NCBI GenBank assembly: GCA_963775425.1
Contig: CAVZJB010000016.1
Span: forward strand, 864,001 to 928,000
From: an uncultured delta proteobacterium
Lineage (GTDB): Bacteria > Myxococcota > UBA727 > VGSZ01
Direction: 5' to 3'
Length of the DNA stretch: 64,000 bases
The translations under genes and the position numbers were made by a program. The notes beneath the pieces were generated by a model. The model was not told where the DNA came from, ran no database searches, and worked only from the letters and a program-made list of their open reading frames with translations. Each line of letters begins with the position of its first letter. Position 1 is the first letter of the stretch. This document shows positions 10,669 through 19,808 of this stretch, in pieces.

Positions 10669-12954
10669 ATGACGAGCATCCCCGGCTCCCGCACCAACAA
10701 GCACGTCCGCGGACACCAGCCCGCCGGCCTCGAGGGAGAGCGCCTCGACACCGCCGGACAGGTGGGCCCGGACAAGCCCGCGACGCTCGTGTCCGCCGAC
10801 CGCGTCGTGCACGGCGGCCGGCGCATCGGCGAGATGCCGGCGCGCATGTCCGCGGCGTCGGGGACGCGCGCTTCGAGCCTGCTCGCGGTGCGCACCACCG
10901 GGGCCGGCCGCAGCGGCGACGTCATCCACGAGATCGCCACGCGCAAGGACTTCGACGCGCTGTTCGCCAAGGGCGCGTCGGTGACGGCGGGCGCGCCGTC
11001 GGAGCTCAAGTTCCTCGTCGACAGGAAGACGCACGAGATCTACTTCCTGCCGCCGAAGTACCCCTTCCACTTCGACTTCTACAAAAACGTCCTCCATGGG
11101 CCCATGGACGTCTCCGACTTCGACGCCCACGCCTACAACCGGCCCGATCGCGACTTCATCGCCGGCACCGTCACCGCCTACGACAGCTACGTGGACCCGC
11201 ACAGCGGCGACAAGGGCCAGATCTGCTTCTCCTTGTGGCCGACGGATCGCTTCGACGCCAAGCTGCTCGCCGAGGCCCACGACGCCATCGAGGGCGGGCT
11301 CTCCTTCCTGCAAAACGGCGAGCACGTCGACTTCCGCCCGGGCGGGCCCATCCAGGACAAGCTCGTCGAGGACAACAAGCGCGGCATCGAGGCGGCGGGC
11401 ATCGAGGTCAAGTCCAACCTCGATATCTCCAAAGGCCTCAAGTACATGGCGCTGTCCGACGGCGACGCCGTCGGCCGCCTCGTCGTCATCGACAAGGGCG
11501 CGGCCATGCCGGCGCTCTCGCGCAAGGACGTGGCGCTCTTCCTCGGCGACGTCCCTCCCGACGCGCCGCCGGTCGCCGCCATCTTCACGACGACGGTGCA
11601 GACGTACAACTCGCACCTCGGCATCAAGTACCGCCAGGACGACACGCCCTACTTCTACAAGTCGTTCTCCGACCAGGAGCTCAAGGACCTCAAGGCGCTC
11701 GCCGGAAAGCCCGTCAGCGTCGCCTGCGACGGCAAAGACGCCACCGTCACCGCCGCCACCGACGCGCAGGCGGCGGCGTATTTGAAGAGCATCAAGCCCA
11801 CCGGCCACATCCGGCTCACGCCCAACCTCGGCGAGAACCGCGCGCGCACCTTCGACGAGCTGTCGAAGGCGCTCGTCGGGCGAAGCGGCCGCTGGGACCA
11901 CGACGCCCTGGCGGCCTACGGCCGAAAGACCGCCGGCGTCGTCGAGCTCGCCAAGCTGCACGAGTCCGGCGCGTTCGCCGGCGCGGGCGGCGCGGGCGCG
12001 CCGACGGTGGTGGCGCCCCTGAAGCCCATGGGCATCCCCGCCAACTGGTACACGCGCTTCATCAAGACCGCCAAGGGCGACGACGGCGTCACGTTCTCCG
12101 ACCGCATCAAGCAGATGACGGCGGACCCGCGCTTCAAGGAGGACGGCGACTGGAAGCTGCAGACGCTCGCCAAGCTCCGCCATGACATCGCGCACGCCGA
12201 CATGCCCGCCGAGCTCCTGAAAGACATCCGTGAGCAGGTGGCGGCGCCGTACATCGAGGACCACCCGGGCCTCAACCGCGCGCGCATGCGCTCGTCGTCA
12301 CCGGTGGTCGAGGACGGCGGCGCCGGCAAGCTGCCCAACATGGCCGGCGCTTTCGACTCCCACGGCGCGCACTGGAAGAAGGGCCGCACCAAGAAGGACA
12401 CCCTCGACCACGCCACCAAGGCGTTCGCCGAGGGGCTGCAGAAGGACTACGCCGCCGTCTTCAACGACCGCGCCGTCTCCGAGCTGCAGTGGCACAACGT
12501 CGACCTCGACGAGGAGTCGGTCACCATGGCCGTCCTCGTCATGCCCAACCAGGAAAACGAGAAGGCGAACGGCGTCATCCGGGTGAACCAGGACCTCGCC
12601 GGCTTCTTCTCCGTCACGGGCGAGACGCAGTTCGGCGAGAACCTCGTCACCAACCCCGAACAGGGCGCGTCTCCCGACACGTTCATCGACGGCAACTACG
12701 ACGTGTTGAACGGCGCTGCCAAGCAGGACATCGAGTACGAGCGCGTGAGCAACATCCAGTCGTCGGACCCGCAGCGCGCGCACGCGCTCACCGACGACGA
12801 GATCCACGCGGTGTACGACGCGATGCACATCGTCCGCGACCACTTCGCCGCCCTCGAGGGCAAGCGCCCCGAGGAGTACGTCGACGAGTCCGAGATCAAG
12901 GTCCTCGACGACGGAAACGTCATGTTCAAGCAAGAGCGCCCCTGGGTCGAGTAG
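10669..12954 (+). CDS. PEP/pyruvate-binding (PPDK_N-like ATP-grasp) protein with probable His-swivel segment and N-terminal extension
   Basis: YGRKTAGVVEL, RMRSSSPVVED, NMAGAFDS, MAVLVMP...ANGV; upstream NSHLGI resembles the phospho-His motif. Confidence 0.7.
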   Translation: MTSIPGSRTNKHVRGHQPAGLEGERLDTAGQVGPDKPATLVSADRVVHGGRRIGEMPARMSAASGTRASSLLAVRTTGAGRSGDVIHEIATRKDFDALFAKGASVTAGAPSELKFLVDRKTHEIYFLPPKYPFHFDFYKNVLHGPMDVSDFDAHAYNRPDRDFIAGTVTAYDSYVDPHSGDKGQICFSLWPTDRFDAKLLAEAHDAIEGGLSFLQNGEHVDFRPGGPIQDKLVEDNKRGIEAAGIEVKSNLDISKGLKYMALSDGDAVGRLVVIDKGAAMPALSRKDVALFLGDVPPDAPPVAAIFTTTVQTYNSHLGIKYRQDDTPYFYKSFSDQELKDLKALAGKPVSVACDGKDATVTAATDAQAAAYLKSIKPTGHIRLTPNLGENRARTFDELSKALVGRSGRWDHDALAAYGRKTAGVVELAKLHESGAFAGAGGAGAPTVVAPLKPMGIPANWYTRFIKTAKGDDGVTFSDRIKQMTADPRFKEDGDWKLQTLAKLRHDIAHADMPAELLKDIREQVAAPYIEDHPGLNRARMRSSSPVVEDGGAGKLPNMAGAFDSHGAHWKKGRTKKDTLDHATKAFAEGLQKDYAAVFNDRAVSELQWHNVDLDEESVTMAVLVMPNQENEKANGVIRVNQDLAGFFSVTGETQFGENLVTNPEQGASPDTFIDGNYDVLNGAAKQDIEYERVSNIQSSDPQRAHALTDDEIHAVYDAMHIVRDHFAALEGKRPEEYVDESEIKVLDDGNVMFKQERPWVE

Positions 12955-13005
12955 GGCGGGGGCGTGCCCCCCGCGTCGCAGGGCGGGGGCTCGCCCCCCG
13001 CGTCG
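12955..13005. repeat. Two tandem REP-like palindromes
   Basis: ggcgggggcgtgccccccgcgtcg and ggcgggggctcgccccccgcgtcg; same family as the 24501-24621 units. Confidence 0.75.
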
Positions 13006-13014
13006 GAGGAAACG

Positions 13015-14478
13015 ATGCCCGTGAACAACGTCGGAGACGTCCTCGCCACCGCGGTGATGCGCGAGCGCGCCGGTGAGCCCGAGACCAAGGCCGCGCAGGA
13101 CGCCATCGCCGACATCCTCGCCCACGGCGTGACGCGCGAAGAGCGCACCGAGGTCGCGCAGATGCTGCACAACCTCGAGGGCACGCCGCACGCGGGCCTC
13201 GCCCGCCGCATCTTCGACGGCGTCGCCCACGGCGCCGACGCGGGCCCGTTCGAGGAGCTCAAAGACAAGCTCACGGGCCCGGAGCCGGAGGGCGGGACGC
13301 CGTCGGTCACGTGGCGCGAGGAGGTCCCCACGGCCCCGCAGCAAAAGGCATGGAACGCGGTCATCACCCAGACCCAGCTCGAGCTGTCCGGGATCAACAA
13401 GACCGTCGGGCGCGGCTTTCACCAAAAGCAGATCTTCGGCGGCGCCGCCCGCATGAAGGTGAACCCGTCGCTGCCCAAGGAGGCGCAGATCCCGCCGTTT
13501 TGGGACGCCAACGCCGGCAAGCCGGTGGACCTGGCGGGGGTGGTGCGGATGTCCAACGGCCAGGGCTGCCCGTTCAAGGACGCCGGCCCCGACGTGCGCG
13601 GCCTCGCCGTGAAGCTCGTCGATCCGAACGGCAAGGGCTGGGACATCCTCTCCACCAACCGCCAGACCTTCGCCGAGGACGTCCCGCAGTTCATCGGCTT
13701 CACCAAGGCCAGCAAGGAGGCCAACCTGCGCGGCAACTCCGTCGTCGGCGAGCTCAAGCAGGCGGTGGTGCTCACCGAGGAGATCGGGCCCGTGCAGGCC
13801 ACGCGCATCTCCACGCAGCTCGCCAAGGACACCGTGCTCAAGCACGTCAACGGCCTCGCCACCGAGAGCTTCGACGGCGGCACGTTCAAGACGCCCGACG
13901 GACACCTCGCCAAGGTGTTGTTCACGCCGGTGCCCGGCGCCGTCGACTGCATGACGCGTCACGACGTCGAGAGGGACGAAAACGGGCTCACCACGGAGCT
14001 GTATCGCCACTTCGAGAGCGGTCCGGTGAAATTCCGCGTGCAGCTCAAGATCTTCTGCGGCAAGGGCGACGAGCTGAAGGCCAACGACCGCTGGGAGCCG
14101 TCCAGGATCATCGACGTCGGCGAGCTGTCCATCCCGCCGCCGGACAAGGCCGTCGATCAGAAGGTCCAGACCCTGGTGAACGGCATGCGCTTCAACCCGG
14201 GCACCGGCTTTCAGCCCGCCGGACAGATGACGCACGCGCGCGGGGCGCAGCCGGGCAAAAACGGCGACTACCTCGTCGACGGCATCTACAAAAAGAGCGC
14301 CGACAACCGCCTCGCCCTCGACGACACCCCCGCCGTGCTCTCCGTCGCCCGCGGCCTCGGCAACGGCGACGTCGACGCCGCCGTGTTTGGCGGCCTCGTC
14401 GCCGAGGTCGAAAAGCGCAACGCGCAGATGGCCGAGGAGGTCGAGGACGGCACCGTCGCCAAGCGGCTCGCGTCGTGA
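13015..14478 (+). CDS. Catalase-like haem protein (catalase-related peroxidase type) with N-terminal helical extension
   Basis: GGAGGA RBS; RGFHQK (distal His), VRMSNG...PDVRGLAVK, FNP, R...IYKKSADNR (probable proximal Tyr). Confidence 0.75.
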   Translation: MPVNNVGDVLATAVMRERAGEPETKAAQDAIADILAHGVTREERTEVAQMLHNLEGTPHAGLARRIFDGVAHGADAGPFEELKDKLTGPEPEGGTPSVTWREEVPTAPQQKAWNAVITQTQLELSGINKTVGRGFHQKQIFGGAARMKVNPSLPKEAQIPPFWDANAGKPVDLAGVVRMSNGQGCPFKDAGPDVRGLAVKLVDPNGKGWDILSTNRQTFAEDVPQFIGFTKASKEANLRGNSVVGELKQAVVLTEEIGPVQATRISTQLAKDTVLKHVNGLATESFDGGTFKTPDGHLAKVLFTPVPGAVDCMTRHDVERDENGLTTELYRHFESGPVKFRVQLKIFCGKGDELKANDRWEPSRIIDVGELSIPPPDKAVDQKVQTLVNGMRFNPGTGFQPAGQMTHARGAQPGKNGDYLVDGIYKKSADNRLALDDTPAVLSVARGLGNGDVDAAVFGGLVAEVEKRNAQMAEEVEDGTVAKRLAS

Positions 14479-14521
14479 CGGAGCTCTCCGCGTGGGCCGC
14501 GGCGCGCGCGGCGGCCTGCCG

Positions 14522-14929
14522 GTGAGCGGCGCCCTGTCCCCGCTCGCCGAGGCGCTCTTGCGGCCGCTCCTCGACGGGCGCGCGGAGCCCGCGCTCACCG
14601 ATGACGAGCTCATGTCGCTCGCGGAGCGCGCGCAGCACCTCGCCGGCAACCAGGAGCTCGCGCACGAGCTCCTCGCCGTCGCGCGAAAGCTCGACGCCGC
14701 CGGCGCCGGCGTCGCCCGCGACCAGGCCATCGTCGTCGCGGCCGTCGTCCTCGAGGACGTGGAGCTCAACGGCGCGCTGTGCCGGAGGCTCTACGCGGGC
14801 AAGCGCAGCCTCGACAACGTCACCGGCCACCCCGAGGTCCGCCACGGCCCCGCGGCGCCGCCCGACCCCGCCCGCTCGGCCCTGTCCGCGCGGCTCGCCG
14901 CCCTGGCCGGCGTCGACCGAAAGCCCTGA
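14522..14929 (+). CDS. Small helical hypothetical protein, paralogue of 18081-18365
   Basis: GTG start; shares L.D.E...R.Q...A..L...GAG.A...A...AAV.L.D.ELN with 18081-18365. Confidence 0.65.
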   Translation: MSGALSPLAEALLRPLLDGRAEPALTDDELMSLAERAQHLAGNQELAHELLAVARKLDAAGAGVARDQAIVVAAVVLEDVELNGALCRRLYAGKRSLDNVTGHPEVRHGPAAPPDPARSALSARLAALAGVDRKP

Positions 14930-14994
14930 GTGCGTGCGACGGTCACGCCCGCTGCGCCGCGGCCGGCGGTAGACTCCGGGTCCCGAGGTTCCCC

Positions 14995-17900
14995 ATGGCC
15001 ACCAGCATCAACAACAAGCAGGCCACCGCCCTCCCGCACATCAAAAAGCCGGACGTGTCGAGAGCCGGGCTCTCTAAAGTGGGGGCGCTCGTCGACAGCG
15101 GCGCCACCGACGAGGTGCGCGCCGAGAGCCGGATCGAGGGCACGGTCCCCCTGCAAAAGGCGCAGGCGTCGGCGCAGCTCCAGAAGGTCAGCGCCACGCG
15201 GATCCTGAAGCCGCCGCCGTTCGACCCCAAGCAGCCCGCGGACGCGCAGCTCATCGTCGCCGGCGCCGGCATCGGCGGCGGACCGATCTCGCGCCTCGCC
15301 GAGCAGGGCTTTCAGGTGAAGTTCCTCGAGGGCGGGCCCGCGCAGCGGGACTGGTTCGACGACGTGCCGCTGCTGCACGCCAAGGCATCGGACACCTCCT
15401 TCAACGTCGACGGCTATTCGCCGCCCATGGCGCTGCTCGCGTACTTCGTCGACCACTACGAAGCCCAACAGAAGAACCTCGACCTCAAGTTCCACGACGA
15501 GCTCGGCGGCATCCTCTACCCGCGCGGCCAGGGCCCCGGCGGCTCCGGCAACGTCAACGCCAACGTCGCCGTCGCGCCCGACAAGAAGTCGTGCGAAGGC
15601 CTCTTCGTCCAGTCGGGCAAGGACCCGCGCTTCTCGCCGGCCAGCCTGCAGAAGTACTTCGCGCGCGCGCAGGACACGGGGCCGCTGTTCTCGTTCCTCG
15701 AGACCGTCGGCCACGTCGCCAAGGCGCTGCAGGACAAGGGCCTCAAGCGCGAGGACTTCGCGCGCCTCACCGAGCCCGGCGGCTGGCAGCAGATCACCCA
15801 CGCCGTCGACCACCTGCGCCTGAAGGACCTCACCGGCGACCCGCAGCTCAGGGACATCACGCTGCACATCCTCGCGTACACGGCCAAGAAGCACAGCTTC
15901 GCCGACACGCTCATCCGCGTGATGACCCTGTTCGACTCCAACAACGAGCTGAACTTCGGGCGCGAGGGCTTCACCAACATGCCCATCTCCGTCGGCAAGG
16001 ACGGGCGGCGCTCGTCGGTGGTCGACCGCCTCAAGGCGGTGTTGCAGACGCGGCCGGACACCATGAGCCTCGAGTGCGAGACCAAGGTGCATAGCCTCAT
16101 CTTCAACAAGGAGGGCACCCGCGTCGAAGGCATGCGCGTGTTGAAGCCGGCCAAGGCGGTCCTCGAGCAACGGCAGCTCATCTACGCCCTGCAGGAGAAC
16201 CTGCCCAACATCCCGGCAGACAAGGTCGAGGACTACAACGCCCGCATCGGGCGCGAGATCGACAAGCTCAAGGAGCTCGAGGCCAACACGCCGCCGGAGA
16301 TGGAGATCAAACGCTCCACCAACGGCTACGTGCTCTCGGCGGGGACGTTCGAGGACCCCAACATCCTCATCCGCTCGGGCTACGGCCCCAAGGACGTCCT
16401 CGAGCGCCTCGGCATCCCGCCGGTGGGCGGCGCGTATCACGAGGCGGTGGGCAGGAACCTGAAGGACCGCCGCGAGATCACGGTGATGTACCACGCCAAG
16501 GACAAGTTCGCGCTCATCGACGGGCTCGGCCTCGGCAAGAACCCCCACAACGACGACGCCATGAAGGTCTGGGAGAAGTCCGGCCGCGGCCCCTACGCCA
16601 CCAACGGCGTCGTCTGCTCCTACCAGTTCAAGAGCGACCCTTCGCAGCCCGAGGCGGACATCTTCGCCTTCTTCGTGCCCGGTCCCTTCCGCGGCTACGA
16701 CACCGGCTACGCCGTCGACGCGACGAAGTATCCGCAGACGTTCACCGCGGTGCTTCTCGACAAGAACGGCAACCTCGTCTCCGACGACACCAAGCGGCTG
16801 ATGACGTCCGGCGAATTCGAGGAGCTGCGCGACAGGCTGGGCACCGTTCAGCCCGACCCCGAAGACCCCATGAAGTCTTCCATCAACTTCAACTACCAGC
16901 GGCCCAAGCCAGGCGAGAACCCGCCGCTGTACTCGGCCATGCTGCGCATGAAGGACCTGTTCAAGGGGCAGGACGTCCTCACCGAGCTGGTCCCCGGGGA
17001 CCCCTTCGACACGGCGCCCACCTCCAGCAAGGCGGACCTCATCCGCTTCGTCGAGAGCACCGACCTGTTCCCCAAGTACCCGGCCGACGATCTGCGCTCC
17101 GCCGAGGACTGGTTCCGCCAGATGGACGTGCCGCTGTTCGACAAGGACGGCAAAGAGCACAAGCTCACGCTGGTGCGCACGCCCCTGCCCGGCCAGGAGG
17201 GCGCGGAGAAGCCCGAGCTGTCCACGCGCGCCAAGCTCCTCGTCGACGGGAAGCCTGCGAGCGACAAGGCGCTCGCGGGGCTCTCGCTCGTCACGGGCAA
17301 GCCGCTGTCGGCGGCGGGGATGAAGGAGGCGCTGCAGCGCGGGTTCCTGATCGAATTCCAGGCTTCGCAGTCCTGGGGCCACCACGCCAACGGCACCTGC
17401 TCCATGGGGCCCGACGCGCAGAACAACGTCATCGGCTCGGACTTCCGCGTGCACGGCGTCGAGAACCTGTGGGTGGCGTCGGCGTCGTCGACGCCGGCGG
17501 CGGTGAATCCGGGCACCTTCATCCAGCTCTACGTCGCCGCGGCGGTGGGCGAAGCGGCCGGCGACGCCATCGGCGAACAGATGCGCGCCAACGAGAACCA
17601 CCTCGGGCGCATGTCGCCCCTGGCCACGCGCCTGCCGGCGGAGCAATCCAAGAAGAACACCCTCGGCGAGAACCTGCTCATCGCCATCGACCGGGCCCGC
17701 GGCCACGTCGGCGACTCCCAGGGCGTGCTCACGGGCGAAGCGGTGACGCAGCTCCTTGCCATGCAGAAGCAGCGCGGCTTCTCCAAGGACGACGTCGCCC
17801 TCGCGGAGAAGGTCTACGACCGCGCGGAGAAGCGCGAGGACAAAAACGCGCCCGTGTTGAAGGTGCTCGCCGGCGAGGTCCGCAAGATGAGGAAGGACCA

Positions 17901-18084
17901 GGGCTTCCTCCTCGACATCAAGGCGGCCCTGCGCCGCAACGGCGATCACCTCACGAGCGATCAGGTGCTGCGCGTCCTGCGCGAGGTCGGTCTTCGCGAA
18001 GACGAGATCGCGAAGACCACCGGCGCGCCGCCCGACGCCGGCGGCTCGGCCGACTGGGGTGCCGGCGGCGGGGTTGGATCATGA
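14995..18084 (+). CDS. GMC oxidoreductase with N-terminal extension, insertions and C-terminal helical extension
   Basis: VAGAGIGGG FAD motif, YPRGQGPGGSGNVNA, VLSAGTFEDPNILIRSGYGP, VGRNLKD, WGHHANGTCSMG, RVHGVENLWVASAS. Confidence 0.85.
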   Translation: MATSINNKQATALPHIKKPDVSRAGLSKVGALVDSGATDEVRAESRIEGTVPLQKAQASAQLQKVSATRILKPPPFDPKQPADAQLIVAGAGIGGGPISRLAEQGFQVKFLEGGPAQRDWFDDVPLLHAKASDTSFNVDGYSPPMALLAYFVDHYEAQQKNLDLKFHDELGGILYPRGQGPGGSGNVNANVAVAPDKKSCEGLFVQSGKDPRFSPASLQKYFARAQDTGPLFSFLETVGHVAKALQDKGLKREDFARLTEPGGWQQITHAVDHLRLKDLTGDPQLRDITLHILAYTAKKHSFADTLIRVMTLFDSNNELNFGREGFTNMPISVGKDGRRSSVVDRLKAVLQTRPDTMSLECETKVHSLIFNKEGTRVEGMRVLKPAKAVLEQRQLIYALQENLPNIPADKVEDYNARIGREIDKLKELEANTPPEMEIKRSTNGYVLSAGTFEDPNILIRSGYGPKDVLERLGIPPVGGAYHEAVGRNLKDRREITVMYHAKDKFALIDGLGLGKNPHNDDAMKVWEKSGRGPYATNGVVCSYQFKSDPSQPEADIFAFFVPGPFRGYDTGYAVDATKYPQTFTAVLLDKNGNLVSDDTKRLMTSGEFEELRDRLGTVQPDPEDPMKSSINFNYQRPKPGENPPLYSAMLRMKDLFKGQDVLTELVPGDPFDTAPTSSKADLIRFVESTDLFPKYPADDLRSAEDWFRQMDVPLFDKDGKEHKLTLVRTPLPGQEGAEKPELSTRAKLLVDGKPASDKALAGLSLVTGKPLSAAGMKEALQRGFLIEFQASQSWGHHANGTCSMGPDAQNNVIGSDFRVHGVENLWVASASSTPAAVNPGTFIQLYVAAAVGEAAGDAIGEQMRANENHLGRMSPLATRLPAEQSKKNTLGENLLIAIDRARGHVGDSQGVLTGEAVTQLLAMQKQRGFSKDDVALAEKVYDRAEKREDKNAPVLKVLAGEVRKMRKDQGFLLDIKAALRRNGDHLTSDQVLRVLREVGLREDEIAKTTGAPPDAGGSADWGAGGGVGS

Positions 18085-18365
18085 ACAGCGACGACGTCAA
18101 CGCCATCGCCACCGAGGTCCTCGAGCGCTGCGCCCTCGCCGACGGCAAGCTCACGCTCGCTGACGGCGAGTTCGCCGCGTTCGGCAAGCGCATCCAGCAA
18201 GCCGACGACAAGAAGGCCTGGGGCACCGCGATGATCGCGCTCGCCAACCGCCTGCGCGGCGTCCCCGGCGCGGGCCCCGCCGCCGAGCGCGCCCTCGCCC
18301 TCGCCGCCGTCGCCCTCGGCGACGCCGAGCTCAACCGCCTCGTCAGCCGCGAGAACGCTCCTTGA
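18081..18365 (+). CDS. Small helical hypothetical protein, paralogue of 14522-14929
   Basis: ATGA overlap with the GMC stop (translational coupling); similarity to 14522-14929. Confidence 0.7.
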   Translation: MNSDDVNAIATEVLERCALADGKLTLADGEFAAFGKRIQQADDKKAWGTAMIALANRLRGVPGAGPAAERALALAAVALGDAELNRLVSRENAP

Positions 18366-19192
18366 CCGTGCCGGCGCGGCGCTCTTTGGCCTCGCTTGAC
18401 GCCTACACGGTGGACTTCGCGCTCGACGGCCCCGGCAGCCTCGACCCCGGCGGCAGCGTGTCCACCCTCGATGGCCAGGCGTGCACCGGCTACGCGGCGC
18501 CCGATCCCTATCCCGCAGCAGGCGGCGAGGCCACGGTGCTCGCCGCGCTCGACGACGGCGTCGGCGCGGTGAGCGGCAGCGCGCAGATCGCGCTGCAGCC
18601 GACGTCGGGCGCCGCCGTGTGGAGCGGCACGCTCGAGGTGCACGAGGCGTGCACCATCACCACCATCGGCGAGAGCGGCCACCAGTGCGACGGCGCCTCC
18701 GTGCAGTGCGACCCGCGCGTCGACGAGGACGGCGTGAACGTGACCGTGGCGCTGCAGCTCGCGCGCGATGACGCGGGCACGTTCACCGCCACCGTCCAGA
18801 GCCTCGCCGAGGACCACCTCTTCGAGCTGACGTTCTGCGATCACCTCTTCTCGCACGAGGACGGGACCTCGACGGGCGTCGTCGACCAGGCCCTCGTCTC
18901 CGACGAAGGCGATGGGCTCGTGGTGACCATCTTCACCGAGGACGACATCCATACCGACGGCGGCGACGTCGACATCTGCACGCCGCGCAACCACACCGAC
19001 ACCAGCGCCCAACAGCAGCTCAGGCTCGCGCTCGTCGCCGACCCGCCGGGCGCGCCCGTGCCGACGCGCTTCGTGCTCGCCGATCCCCAGCCCGACATCG
19101 ACTCGTGCGTCGACGTGGACAACCCCAAGGACTCGGCTGTGGACACCTACGAGGGCGGCGTCACCCTCACCGGCGCGCTCACGCGCCCGTAG
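18362..19192 (+). CDS. Hypothetical acidic beta-rich protein
   Basis: TTG start overlapping the upstream stop; typical codon usage; no family recognised. Confidence 0.55.
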   Translation: MTVPARRSLASLDAYTVDFALDGPGSLDPGGSVSTLDGQACTGYAAPDPYPAAGGEATVLAALDDGVGAVSGSAQIALQPTSGAAVWSGTLEVHEACTITTIGESGHQCDGASVQCDPRVDEDGVNVTVALQLARDDAGTFTATVQSLAEDHLFELTFCDHLFSHEDGTSTGVVDQALVSDEGDGLVVTIFTEDDIHTDGGDVDICTPRNHTDTSAQQQLRLALVADPPGAPVPTRFVLADPQPDIDSCVDVDNPKDSAVDTYEGGVTLTGALTRP

Positions 19193-19196
19193 GTGC

Positions 19197-19751
19197 TCAC
19201 CCCAACCAGCCGCGGATCTCGCCGTGCGGCTGCGGGATGAGCTCGATGCCGACGACGCGGTCTTCGCGCGCGCCGTCCTTCACGGCGTCGAGGGCGGCGG
19301 CGACGTCGGCGAGCGCGCCGGCGAGCGTGAACCAGCCCTTGCCGCCGACGCCGACGGCGAGGTGCATGCGCAGCACGGCGACGTCGACGGCCTTGAGCGC
19401 GGTGTCGGCGGCGAGCACCGCCGCGGCAGCCGTGCTCATCTCCACGATCCCGACGGCGTCGCCGGGCGCGGGCGCCACGGCCTGATCGATCGCGGGCAGG
19501 AGCTGCGGGTGCGCGCCGGGGAGGAACAGCTCGTCGACGAGGTCGGAGCCGGCGACCTCGAGGGCGACGGCGTGCGACTCGCGCGTGGCCTCGACGTCAC
19601 CCCCGAAGATCACGAGGAGCTTCCCGGGCGTGACCGGCTTCGCGTGCTTCACCGTCACCGGCGCCTTCTTCACGAGCGCGTCGAGCATGACGAGGCCGCG
19701 GGCGATGGACCCGGTCTCGACGACGGCGACGGCTTCGAGCGAAGAGCGCAT
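19197..19751 (-). CDS. Microcompartment tandem-domain shell protein (BMC-T, PduT/Haliangium T1-like)
   Basis: VVETGSIARGLVMLDALVKKAPV...PGK...; IVEMSTAAAAVLAADTALK...LAVGVGGKGWF...G.LADV. Confidence 0.9.
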   Translation of the reverse strand: MRSSLEAVAVVETGSIARGLVMLDALVKKAPVTVKHAKPVTPGKLLVIFGGDVEATRESHAVALEVAGSDLVDELFLPGAHPQLLPAIDQAVAPAPGDAVGIVEMSTAAAAVLAADTALKAVDVAVLRMHLAVGVGGKGWFTLAGALADVAAALDAVKDGAREDRVVGIELIPQPHGEIRGWLG

Positions 19752-19808
19752 CGACCTTCCATGACGTCCGCGGGAGCGCCGATACACGGGCGCCCTACCC
19801 GTCGCCGG

